Below, one piece after another: positions 1-12,289 of a stretch of 64,000 bases of DNA. The notes under the pieces are model-generated. The model made no database searches. It worked only from the letters and a program-made list of their open reading frames with translations, and was not told where the DNA came from. The position numbers and the translations under genes were made by a program. The first letter of the stretch is position 1. Each line of letters opens with the position of its first letter. This stretch comes from Selaginella moellendorffii. Lineage: Eukaryota; Plantae; Lycopodiophyta. The stretch covers positions 1,522,834 to 1,586,833 of the forward strand of contig NW_003314305.1 of NCBI RefSeq assembly GCF_000143415.4, read 5' to 3'.

Positions 1-355
1 GGCCCAAGCGCATCTGGAGCGATAATGCTCCAAAGCACAATGAGGTTGAGAGGGATATGGTCTGCTGTTGGGGTCCTACAACTAAGAGCTTCATATGTGG
101 GACATCAACACGTAACCAGATACTCACAACGTTAGAGTGTTTCCAAATAAGGACTAAATCAAACTTGTTTTGCAGCGCATAAAACATTTGTGGAGAGAGC
201 TCTTTGAGTGTGTGGTGTGGTTTTATAAACATCTTTTTGAGTTCATGGAAAATATAGGAATTCTTGATATATTTAATCCATATCACAACCAAAGTCTACG
301 TTGTGTCTTTGCTCCATACCTCAAGAAGGATATTTTATATTGGGTTGCAACCTAA
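1..355 (+). mobile_element. Degenerate IS3EU-like DDE transposase/integrase-core fragment
   Basis: From nt 3 the frame reads PKRIWSDNAPKHNEVERDMVCCWGPTTKSFICGTSTRNQ. After a ~55-bp intron-like gap ending TTTTGCAG it reads RIKHLWRELFECVVWFYKHLFEFMENIGILDIFNPYH..LRCVFAP. This fits the P.R.R.D.G.EN...G.S..NQRIERLWRD....F...F..LE..G.LD pattern. Stops and a lost donor site follow. Confidence 0.6.
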
Positions 356-3300
356 AACCTCCACGAGGTCCGTCCATATCAATGTGGTGATTACTTTAGA
401 TCATTTCATGTTCCTACAACCTTATTTCAACCAATGGAACGAGAGCTTGGGTAAGAATTTTGGTAATGTTACAGAATTCTTTATAAATTGTGTTTTTGTA
501 GGATTATGACGGCTGTTGGTGGAAAAAATATTGAAGACCTTTCTAGACCATTTCTCTCTAATGTTGAAGGTGTAACTCTGTCAAAAGTAATCTTTAGAGC
601 AAGAATAGAATAATTTCTTTAAATCTATTTCGTTGTGTTTGGCTACCTTATAGGCTCTTGGCACTATTTGAAACCAGGCATTTTTTATGCATCGGGAGGG
701 ACTCAACTTGGATAAGCAATATCTATTTCATTTAAATTTAACAATGGAGTGTGCAATGGTTAATATTGTGGGTGTAAATCTACCACTTTACATCAAAAGT
801 GTCTTGCCTACAATAACACCAGTGAAGCAACAAGCTTTGGAAAAATTATACTTGGCCATACTCAGAGAAAATTAAGTGTTCTTTAGTGTACATTTCAAAT
901 TTAAATTCAATTCTTGATTTCTTCAATTTTAGGGTTCCCACGTCTGGAATTAGGGTTTACCCCAAGTCCCCCATATTAATTGTGCCTTGGATATAGAGCG
1001 ATTTTATTTTATGACATGATTTTATCAATGGTTCATTCATTCTTCGCATCATTTAACCAGAGGCAAGGCTTCTAGTGCACACTCCCCCGATTGCAAGACC
1101 ACTACCCAAGCAAGAGTGCCACAACTGTGATGGTGGGTAACTTCTCCTTGATTAAGTTTGCATAACCAATCCCTTGTAGTTTCTAGGCTTGAAGCAAGAA
1201 TATTACACGCCTCAACAACAATAGACATTATGCAAGAAACACTTTGCAAGCATGCAACCAAGCACTTGATGTTTCGCAATCGGTATTACTAACAGTCCCA
1301 TGAGACACATGCCAGCCACTTGATTTTCCAAGCTCTACAGCAGGGACATCAACTCCAACAACATCCCATCCGTAGTTCTTGACAACATTTGAGCAAGCAA
1401 AGCGTTGCCTAACATTGCATACACTGCAACATATGCAAAACCTCCAACATGTTTCATTCTCCTCACCTTCCTTGGAAAGTAGTAGCCCAAACGTCCGAAA
1501 TAAGCAAGTCTGGATGCCTCATACCCACAGTGTTGTCCAATTTGGAATGCTACTACCAACACCAACTACAGGACGTGCTCACGAAACTCTATATAGTGCC
1601 ACTGCTACCAACCCTGCAACTCCACTAGCTGCTACAACTCTCGCAACTCCATCTACCGGTACAAGTGCCAATACTTGGCTATCTACCTCCCGAAGCAACA
1701 AGTGGTCTAGCTTGGTAAGTTTTTCATTTATACCTATCTTTTTTCCATGTGTTTTTCTGTGTAGGGTGAGTTGACAATGCCGCCACACTAGCGAGCTTAT
1801 AGTTCCCCATCAGCATTCCACAACTACTCCCAATGATCGACATCATCATCTAGTGGAGCTTCGACATCCAGATATGTTCAAGCTAACCCTCAAGGTGGGC
1901 TGCCATGTGAGCCACAAGTATAACATGACCTCATGCATTCTTCATTTTTTTTTTTTGGATTTGTTTAATTCATTTTCATTTCACTGTGCCAGACTCTCTC
2001 ACCACTTGTGGCTGCAGTGCACACCTATGCTAATAACAATCGGCAGTCCTTATCTTGTCATTATGGACGTCGTGGCAATCGATCCAAAGTCATTAGTGGG
2101 ATGTCGTCTATGACACCTTTGGTCCCCCGGCCATTCACCACAGTTCTTGTCACCAAGTGGATTGCAATCCCGAAGACTTAGCATGTACACTTGTATGGGT
2201 AGAAAAGAGAGCCATTTATGAAGATGATAGAACTTAACAAGCTGGTAGTGGACCTCCTAGAGTGTCTCATATGGGGTGGTTTATACTCCAATTTTCCTTT
2301 TCAGCCCGGCATGGCCCAACATGTGATTCTACTATCACTCCAAGCCTCAGGAATCCAACCTTCATCCACAACCAACCCAGCAGCATTTGTCCGGCATGCA
2401 AGGCAGTCCAATGGTGGTGAGGCCCATGCCGAGTTTGCAAAATTTGGCCTCAGCTCTATTCGGCCTTGTTACTAGCCTCCTCAAACATCATGGGGAGCTA
2501 TAGCAAACAAGGCCACTGGCAACTGGGCAACAGTAATATACCTATACAATGTTATGAAGTATCTTATTGACAAATATTGGCTAAGTTATCAAAAGTAGGC
2601 CCAAGCACTCAAGGAGAAGGATGTTCGTGAATGTAAGTCATTTTTTTTTTTAAGTTCCCTCTTCATAAATATATGTTGTGGTCTTTGCAATTATAGTTGC
2701 TACAAATACCTTGACTACAAATGATGATCCCTTGGTGATAAAGCCATTTCTCCGAAGGCTAGCCACACTGGAACCAAACCAAGACAAGAATAATGAAGAA
2801 AAAGGTTCTGTGGATGAAGAAGACATTTTTCCATTACTGGAAGAAACTCTCCCCACACAAGACAACATGAACATCACCGGAGTTGAAGAACAAAGTGATG
2901 GTGGGGATGAACCGCACCAAGGATCTCCGAAGACATCCTTGTCACCAAAGATAGTGGCTCTAGGCCATGTGGCCAGTAAGAAGCATTAACATAAATGATA
3001 ATTTTCTTCATTTTCTAATTTCTGAGTGTAGATAGGCCAATAATAGTGTATGACAGTGATGGTAGAGGCTTTGAAGACTATGGTGTGCCTTCACCCCCTC
3101 TTTCTAGAGGGAAGTAGCTCCACTCCACTTACTCTTATAGAGTTGCTTGACAGCTTTTTTACAGTAGAGTAAGATAATTGAAAATTGTGCCATTCAAAAT
3201 TGAACTAACGTTTGCATGTAGATTGTTGGAGCATTAATAACGATGGATTGATGCCACCAATGCATTTAATGAAGCTATTCAGTGAACCACTCAGGATAGT

Positions 3301-4019
3301 GCCAACTTCATCATGCTACAGTATGAGGAGGTTTTTGCCTTACAAGATGCCACCACAGCCCTTGAGATGAGGGCACAAGGGGATGCTGAAGTTCTCTCAT
3401 AGATGTAGTGGCTGAAACACAAGTTTCTTGGTTGCTTTGGCATGGAGAGCACAAATGACGAGGAAATGCTAGACATTGTTGCTAAACACCCTGAGTTCCA
3501 TTGAGCTGGTGGTGAAATATTTCTTCGACACATGCTTTTCAGCCAAACCATGCCTCATTGGCAGGATTAGGAGAGTGTTCTCCTTAAGCTTGGCCTTTTA
3601 GAAACACAATACGAGGATGCGTTTTGTGACAACACAATCCAATAGCTCTTTGCTGAAATAAGTATTAATATGCCTCCTTCAATTGTTGAGTCCACAATAG
3701 CATAGTTCATTGAGAAGAAGTACGTATATCTATTTTTTAGCACTTAGTACCATCTTATTGTTTTGTGTAGGGACCTACATAGAAATTGGGCGGCTGCACA
3801 ACAATTGAGAGAATTATTTAACACTACTGAAACACTGTATTATAAGTTCTATCATTTTTGTATCGAGAAGGCCATGCTTCAGCCATACAAACTTGCTCAT
3901 ACACATTTTATGCCATCTTGCATTCTGGTAAGTAAGGGATTGCCTATGAATTGGAGTTCCCTCACTTGTCCTTCTAGATTGCACCAAACAATGAATTTAG
4001 TTGTTTCCAATTCGCTTTT

Positions 4020-4800
4020 AATACTAATCTCCACACACTGAATTACAAAGTGGTCTATGCATCTGAGATTGGAGGAGCTTTGGTGTGGGAGGAATCCACA
4101 ATAGATGCAGGTGGGCCATATGCAAAATCCATTAAGGAGGCTATTCGCCAAATTCTAAGATCAGTAAGTCTAATTTTCACTTGGCTCACTAGAGTAATTT
4201 TGTGTTATAGACGCATGGACTGTTTGTGCTTAAGGAAGGAGCCACGTATTGGCATCCCAGGATGCCAGTGCATTCTAGGACGTTGCGACAAGAAAAGTGG
4301 GATGTGGTAAGTTAAGTTTAAAGCTCAAGTTTTATATGCTCCTCATTTTTATATGCATAGGCTATTTTTGTGGGATGGTTGCTATTCCAAGCGTTCGAAT
4401 GTAATGCATAGGTATCTTGCCGGTGTACAATTGCAACATTGGCAATTGTAGCTGGAGAGGTTCTAGACGAGAATGATCGACAACTTGCCCGAAGAGGACT
4501 ATATGAGATGGACCTCAAGGCAAGCACGCCGCATATTTGGAATGCACTCAACCAATTGCGAGGTGCATCAAACTTAAAGAAGGAGGGCAATCGGCGCAAC
4601 TCTATGGATTCCATCATAGAGAACCCTGCAATTACCAACTATAATGCAGTGCTTAAGTGTAGACTCACCAAACTTGGTAAAGGTTATGAGCAGGCTATGG
4701 AGGCATGCGTGGCTGTGGTGGTCTGGCATTACCTATTCATCAAGCCAAATATAGTGGGAGACTTACTCTAAGATGGCCTCCAACACTCAATGTGCATGGA
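4020..4800 (+). pseudogene. Degenerate HECT-like E3 ligase domain
   Basis: EESTIDAGGPYAKSIKEAIRQIL resembles the HECT N-lobe GE..iDaGGp.rE motif. It is followed by IFVGWLLFQA and VAVVVWHYLFIKPNIVGDLL*DGL, with in-frame stops. Confidence 0.4.
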
Positions 4801-5799
4801 AGCTTGTTAAAGGTTTTACAAGAATCTAGTATTGTTAGGTGGGCTTCCACTCATTGGGACAGATGCTTTGTTATAAGTCTTTCGGGTAAGGACAATCATT
4901 CCTCCCATAGAGTTCATCAACTGCCTGATCTTTGATTAGGACTTTGGAGAGAACTTCCGCAGCTGGATTGTGGACATCATTCAAGGTAACTATTTATTTT
5001 CACAAACAACTAAAACTCTTGTATGTTTGAACATTTTATAGATATGAGCCTGAAAGAGTTATCCAAATTCCTTCACTTTGTGGTTGATTCTCCAGAGTTC
5101 CGACCGAGAGAGCCTATTTGGATCCAAGTTAAGAGATAGAGTACATCATCTACTCGATTTCCCAAGTTCTCCACATGCACACGAAAAGTTTTCTTCCCTT
5201 TAACATACCCGTCAATGGAGTGGACCAAATACAAGATCCACCAAGCACTCCAAAATCCAGAGAGCTTGTATGGATTGGGCTGATGTTGTGGAAGTAATCT
5301 AAACACTTTCACAATAAAAATAAATAATTGTCTTGAAATATGTTTCACACTTTCTTTCTAATTCATTAGCAAAGTTAAAGGTAAGAATATTCAAAATATT
5401 CCACAAATGCCCATTATAGGCATTTACGGCCCTTGGTACCTTTTGGCTTATGTTTGCCTCACCAAGGGTAATCACTATAGCTTCCAAAGTAGCTCCCAAT
5501 TTAGGATCTAGGTTAAAACTATCTAGCTTGGGTGCTACATGATGCCCATCCTCGCTTAAGGAACTCTCAACCTGTTTCATAGTAGAACCAAAATCACCCT
5601 CTAGGTCTTTGAAGTCATTCTTGCTTGCATCTCGAGCAGTAACATATCCCTCACTATTTCTTTCTTCAGCAAGACATTTCCCCTCGGTGATTGGCACAAC
5701 ATTAGAAGTAGTCTTGGGCTGTGTAAGGAACCAACTCACCGAGATGTCATAGGCTAAAGAAACCCCGAAAGCATGACCAAAATGACAAAGAGTTCATCG

Positions 5800-6010
5800 G
5801 ATGGGACTAAGTCGAAGATCGAGTCCAAGACCGACTCGGAGACCGAGTTCGAGATAGAGTCCGGAATCGAGTCCAAGGCCGACTCGGGGACCGAGTTTGA
5901 GACCGAGTTCGAGACGGAGTCCGAGATCCGAAATCGGGTCCGAGACCGAGTCTGAGGTCGAGTCCGAGGTTGAGTCCGAGATCGGGTCCGAGATCGAGTC
6001 TGAGATAGCT
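5800..6010. repeat. Degenerate 6/12-bp tandem repeat (GAGTCCGAGACC-like)
   Basis: Repeated gagtcc/gagacc/gagttc units, the same style as 56695-57210. Confidence 0.75.
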
Positions 6011-6565
6011 GCTTGTGCTTGCGGGGAGTGTAGCCGAACCTTAAGTCCAGTCTAACCCGAGGAGGGGGATTGGGAGTGATTTGGGAATCCGTGGATGGAT
6101 AGCTAACACTCCGTTGCTCATGCAGTGAGTAGCTGAAACCAAGTAGGAGCTGGTACCATAGGCGAGAACCTTGGCAAGGGAACTTAGCAAAAGCCAAGGC
6201 AGTGTTAGACGGATAGTCGGGGTAAGCTGGCAAATTGGAAAGGAAAAATTTGTGGCTTATAGACTGCCTTGTCAAAGGGATTGACGAGCCTTGAGAGGAG
6301 GAGGCATCATATAGAATCCTCGATCCTATCCCCTATTGGATCCATTATTGTGCCTCAAAGAAGTCATAGAATCCTCTCCAATTTGCCATGCTAGAAGGAA
6401 ATCTCAAACATTGCAAAAGGGTTAGAGCATATAGGAAACTGTCACAAATTTACTCTTACCAAAGTGAGCACGAGCTTTCAATTCCTGAAAACTCTAATTC
6501 TTCAGCTGCAGCGCACAGCATACATTGAATAGTTTTGCCTGGAAACCCTTTTTACAAATTTCAAA

Positions 6566-6830
6566 ATTTGAAATGGTTATAATTGAAAAATATTGTAAGT
6601 GTCCATTATTATTGCTTTTCTCACCTGAATATTATTGTATGCAATTGCAACTTTTATATTCTCAAATCTCCTTTAGCATGCTCCTTTTGAGAGAACTCCA
6701 GATCCAATTTGAAACAATTATAATTGGAAAATGTTGAAAGTGTTTATTGTTATCTTGAATGTTACTACATGCAATTGCAACTTTCACATTCTCAAATCTC
6801 CTTTAGCATGCTCCTGTTGAGAGAACTCTA
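6566..6830. repeat. Two diverged tandem copies of a ~135-bp unit
   Basis: ATGCAATTGCAACTTT...TTCTCAAATCTCCTTTAGCATGCTCCT.TTGAGAGAACTC occurs at ~6639 and ~6769. Confidence 0.7.
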
Positions 6831-8549
6831 GGTCTAAACATCAACACTATGCACTTTTGCGTAATACACCATTGAAGTATAAGCCCCACTAATTCATTGA
6901 ATTGGTTAGGCTTCAACCTACTTTTGAGTCATATGCAAATCTTCTAAGCATCATGGTATAAAACTAAAGTATTGAGAAAGTTACATTGGAAATCAATGGC
7001 AATGAAAAATAAACTCAATGGGATGCATTAGAGACATGACTCCAGACAGTATATATCCATGGCTTTGCAATGGAGCTAGATGGAATTCACTTATGCTTAC
7101 TATGAACACTATGTTAAAAGAGATGTGCCAAAAAAGGATAATTTAGTTCTTTTGCCATGAGTGCCAAGAGCAAGATGTGAGAACATAGTGCTCTAAATAA
7201 AGTAGTATGGTATGCAATTTAGTTGATTGTCCATTTGGTTTGCAACATTAACAACTTACTAGAATGCATGGGATGAATGAGTCTATGGGCCATGAATGGC
7301 TCCATTCCATACATAGCATGGGTCATTGCTATGGGCATGATGCCCCATCCAGGGCATAAGGATTGGATATTCGTAAAATATTCTATGCCTGTGTTTTTTT
7401 CACACTCATAATACATGTGGACCAATAGCAAGCATACACGTGGTGTAAGTGAAATCCACTGTTGTAAAATCCATCCTTTTACGAATTGCATGCCATAACT
7501 ATAACAATCAACTAACAAAAAAGCACTACATTATGCTGCAGACAGATGCAATGAACTTTATTACTTTATATTATCTTATTGTCTTTTATACTATGAGTGA
7601 TTATGCCTATTCAAGTTTTTCTATCCTATTCTTGAAGAGGTGGAATATTTTCTAACAAAGGATACTGTATTTGGCCTCATTCGTGATGGCTTCAACACCC
7701 TTACTCACTAGTTCTTTAACAATTTTACAGATGGCATCAGACAAGTACATGCATTTCCAACCTTCAAGTCACAACAAGTTTTAGGAAAATGATAAAAATG
7801 AAAATGTACAGGACGCTATGGATCTTGTTGCAGGCCACTACAGCAAGCCATCACCATTCAAGCTGAAGGGACTGGAGGCGTTGGCTGTAAGTCATTGTTC
7901 AATGCTGATGCAACATGTCACGCTTGCAGTATCTTCCGTTTGCAAGCCCTGCTGTGAAGCTCACCAGTATAACCATGACCACCCTATTGTTGCATCAAGG
8001 TAAGCGAACCAAAACTCGACCACAATGCCAAAATGCTCTAACTTGGTTTACATTGCAGTCAGTCACGACATATCCCAGTTCTTCTACTCTGTGGTGTGGG
8101 CTGGGATTAATATTACAGCAGGAACAATGGCCCTCATCAAAGCAAATGGGCGCAACAGACCTCGGGTCTGTGGGTTGCTCTGACTACCTCTCACCATTGT
8201 CAAAAAATTTCATGAATGTTTTGAAAGTAGGTCAAATTTTTTGAAAATTTGGGTTCCCGCGTAAACATAATCAGCTGTCTCTCACCGGCTACTGAAGGTG
8301 CTCAGTTGGCAAATGCAAGTAGTCGTGGTGGCTTATCGTACATCTGACTTGCACATGTAACATTTTGTGAATAAGCCGACTTCCCCAGCTTGTCGGGAGT
8401 AGGCTGCTATGCTGGCCATAGTCCGAGTCCGCTCATCGCTGCCATCCAGATTATGATCCTCAGGTTGACGCTGAAGGTTGTTTCCCAGCTCAACTTTGGA
8501 AAGGCAGGTTGGAGCACCTGGAGTAAGAATGAGAAATTGTGCCGCAGGA

Positions 8550-9987
8550 AGTAGTCTTAACTTACACCACTCAAAGCTTTCTCCCAGAATATCACAATGT
8601 AGGCAGTGCAAGGAATGACAAATATGCCGAAAATGGCAGTAGCCGCTGCAACTTGAAGGAACGGGAATGCAAGAGCGGCTAGCCAGATTGCTAGAAACAC
8701 AGGTACTCTCACCAAAGTTCTCCTTTGAGTTGTGGACCCGGAAGAACTTTTCGCAGAACAAGTAGAGTGGCGAGCTCAGAATCCCAAACACGATGAACTG
8801 CAAACAACAGCTTGTCAGGTCCATATCGAGACGGAAATTTTACTATAAAAGCTTGCCTGGTGCAAAAGCATCAAAACTATTGCAATGTCCCGAAACTTTG
8901 ATTTTGGAAACAACATCAAAGCAGACGGATGTACCAACGTCTTGGCGCCAAAAATCCCATAGACAGTCATGCTTGCTGGCATAGTCACCATACAAACATA
9001 AATCGTACCATAAAACCAGGGAATTTTGAAGTCTTCCGGTTTCCACATTGCGTCCATGAGTTCCCTGGAAAATCGAAGTTTAAAGTTCTATAAATCGCTT
9101 CAAAAATACTTACACAGGTATTATCTCTGTTCCAACTGCCAAAAAATTGCTGAGAGCACTAAAATATCCTGTATAGCCACGGGGAGCAAGAGACTGAACA
9201 TCTGAGACCTGCACGACGAAGGTGATGATACTAGCTAGTACTGAATGAGAATATAGAAACACTTGCCTTTCCATGGAATAGTGCTCCCATACTTCATGTT
9301 ACCTGGTAACATGAAGTATAGACAGTCGCAATGATGCCCACAAAAGACCAAGCTCTGTAGTTTTGAGCGGATGGCATAATAATGGACAGGGAGAAGAGGG
9401 CGCCAAATATCACAGTCCATGTTCTTTTCGGAAATTGATCATTTATTTCGAAGACAATGCTGCCATATTGACATACTGCAAGTTATAAGCAGAATAAGGC
9501 AAAGACAAAAATAAATCACTTACTTGCTACAGCCAGTAACACACACAACAAACAAAAATGGCACCATCACGACAAGAGTTGCCACACTCCACCATTTGCC
9601 TAGAAGCCCACCCAACACCTCATGCAGCTGCAAAAGAAGAAAACATATCACCAATTTAGTACTAGAAGTAGAATCTACCTGAGTATTGCACTTTTGGTTG
9701 TGTGCGAGCGGAAGGTTGTGCTTCTCTCGATACGTCAAGTAGAGAATGTTAATTATGTAGCCTCCCCACCAGACCTGAAATGCTATTGAGGAGGGCAGGC
9801 CTGCTTGTGCGTAAGAAAAGGGAATTGTGAGCAGAATTTGAGCAATCTGCAAAAAATTTAACAACATGGAATGAATCGGATGATCTGAACTGGAGAATGA
9901 CAAACCTTTGTTGAGCCAATGTTGAGCCAAGCGTCCATCCCATAAAGCCGTATTGAGAAACTGCTAACAGTCAAGTGCGTTCCCCAT
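8550..9987 (-). pseudogene. Divergent AUX1/LAX-family permease pseudogene
   Basis: Exonic blocks IAQILLTIPFSYAQAG, LHEVLGGLLGKWW, MDAMWKPEDFK...RDIAIVLMLLHQ and FIVFGILSSPLYLFCEK are colinear with the AUX1/LAX gene at 50-53 kb. There is an early TAG in exon 1, plus deletions and frameshifts. Confidence 0.8.
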
Positions 9988-10634
9988 TGTCAAACAAATT
10001 CATTGACAGAGAGCTGGAAAGAACCACAATTCGCCACTGTGAAGTCGACAACTACTTTTTTGAGAAGTTACGTTGACAGAAAGACATGTTAAAAGACATG
10101 GTTTTCCATAATCTACCAGTTTGAAACTTTTTGTCATTAAATACTAAAAGTGTATTTCCGTTTTATAATTTGGTCATGTTCTTGGGATCAATTCTAAGAC
10201 ATACTTGTGAACCTCCTTATGAGATGATGATTTGAGTGAGATGATTTTATTGTTCCAAATTTAAGTTCAAGTGGATACCAACAGTTGTCATTTAGGTCAT
10301 TTTTTACAAGATTTTGTTTGAAACTTGAGATAGATATTATTCTATTTTATTTTAAATTTATAAATTATGTGAATGAGAGTACATTTATAATATTGAAATG
10401 TTTTAAAAGGCTATTTTTAATTTTAGAACTTCAAAGGGATTTTTTAAATCAGCATATGTTTTATATTATATTCATTAAATATATTATTTAACAGATATTT
10501 TAATTTGTCATTTTTTCAAGATGCTAATTATTTGTATTCTGCCTAAAGCTTTTAACAATTATATACATTATTCCATATAAATCATAAATGTTTTAAAGGG
10601 AAATATTTAATGGTAAAAATAACATTTTGGACTG
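9599..10634 (-). repeat. Left arm of ~1.05-kb inverted repeat (partner 16411-17470)
   Basis: Its reverse complement matches 16411-17470 along the whole length (e.g. CAGTCCAAAATGTTATTTTT and GCAGCTGCATGAGGTGTTGGGTGGGCTTCTAGG). Confidence 0.9.
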
Positions 10635-10849
10635 CAAAACTTCTTAGTGTCAATAGCTATTACGTTAGAGTGATCCGTAAGTCTAACATAACTCGAACTG
10701 AGAGTGATCTCCTTGTTCTTACTTGTCTAGTGTATATATATGTATGGAAGTTCACTCTTGCTTAAATCTAGAGAATGATGGACTTTGCTTTGGGCTGGTG
10801 CTGTCGGAGCTATAAAGACACAAGAGTTCTTCTGTGATTTCTCCAGTTC

Positions 10850-11450
10850 CCAGAGACTTGGAGGATCTTTCTTACCTTAACGTTGGCCATGGACAGCAGC
10901 TTGCGTGAGGCTGTGAATTGAAAGTTGGGGTGTGATTGCTTGTCGGTGTAGAAGATCACTTCGGCGATTCCTGCCTGAAAAGAGAAACGAGAAGTTTAAT
11001 CGAAGGGTGATAAGATTTCAGTACCTGGATTATGACTTTGGCACACTCGTTGCACGGGAACATGGTCACGTAGAGCCTCTAAATGGAGATCTGGGTGAAG
11101 GGAGAGCTTTCAACGTGGCATGAATTTGACGAGTACCTGACCGGATGCTGAGGCGTGATTCCTGTTCAGGATGGCGTTCACTTCCGCATGGCATACGTAT
11201 CTGCAAAGAGATAACAACAACAACGCTGTCAAATCAGGAAAAATACAAAGAAAGACGAAGGAAATCGGAACAAACAAATGAGAAAACAACTTATGGGTAT
11301 TTGGTCTTGAGCAAGTCACTGTCCCGTGATTTCTGCAAAGAGGGTCCAAGTGAATCTCAAGAGTAAAATACATGGAATGGAGCTTACTTTGGCCCAGGGA
11401 AGCTTATCGTCGGAGCAACCTCGAGGAAAGCAGTTGTAGCCAATGCCTGG
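10850..11450 (-). pseudogene. dCMP deaminase, 5'-truncated fragment
   Basis: Exons encode GIGYNCFPRGCSDDKLPWAK, YVCHAEVNAILNRNHASA and RLYVTMFPCNECAKVIIQ (HAE and PCxxC Zn motifs). No N-terminal exons were found. Confidence 0.8.
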
Positions 11451-11610
11451 AGAGTCCAGCATTAGTGGGAAAAACTTGAGAAAACGGGAAGAGAAATGTT
11501 TCATACCCAAGATGACATAGTCTTGGCTAACAAAACAAGCTCCAATTTGTCAGATGGGACTTTTGGACCTTTGAGCTAAGAGAAATGTAATGGACATGAA
11601 GTAATTGTCC

Positions 11611-11742
11611 TCAATTAGCCCAAAAAACCCTAGTTTATATACAAGAATGAGTGGTCCGGATTGAAACCAATTTGACAGCTACCAAAATCCCATTACATTA
11701 ATATTAGTATATAACATCATAACTGTACATTTGGCCCTCACA
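11611..11742 (-). mobile_element. Partial solo LTR of the Gypsy family at 55.3-62.0 kb
   Basis: Reverse complement of the LTR; it ends ...TTGGCCCTCACA, which equals the LTR start TGTGAGGGCCAA. Confidence 0.85.
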
Positions 11743-12029
11743 ATACCAATAGTCCTATTTAATAATTTAATTAATAAAGATTAGCAATAAATGTTTTGGT
11801 AGACTTAAAATTCCTTCCTTTATCCCACTCAATTTTGAAGGCGAGTCCTTCTCACTCAACGTAATGCAAATTCAAAATATAATCTCCTACTGGAAATAAA
11901 ATTTTAACACTCATAATTATTATAATTGATACTCTCATTTCCAGGGCCTAAAAAAAATCATTTATCCTATATAGAGATTATGAAGTAATACGGAAAATAT
12001 ATTACACTTTTTTTCTCTTCTAACTATAA

Positions 12030-12288
12030 TTTTATTTTAAATTGAAAAATAATTTTAGAATAATAAGATCAAAATCCAAAATCACTGCTTTATTTATAAA
12101 AACACCGGCTGAAAAAAAACTTGGTGAAAGTATAAACATAAAACATAACTGTAGCAGCATTTAATATAGAGGGTCATGAATTGTTAAACCACTACTAAAT
12201 TTCTTGAGGTTTCGATCCACTCTTCTTTTGATAATAATCGAATGATTCTTCTTAGTTTGCTTCAAAGATCTCAGCCAAGAGAACGTAG
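12030..12288 (-). repeat. Duplicate of the PPR gene 3' end and 3' UTR (17640-17907)
   Basis: Near-identical direct copy, including the codons for YVLLAEIFEAN*. Confidence 0.9.
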
Positions 12289-12289
12289 A

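Noticed and set aside
6900-8330. Short ORFs of possible genes
   Set aside because: No recognisable motifs and many stops; cannot be assigned.
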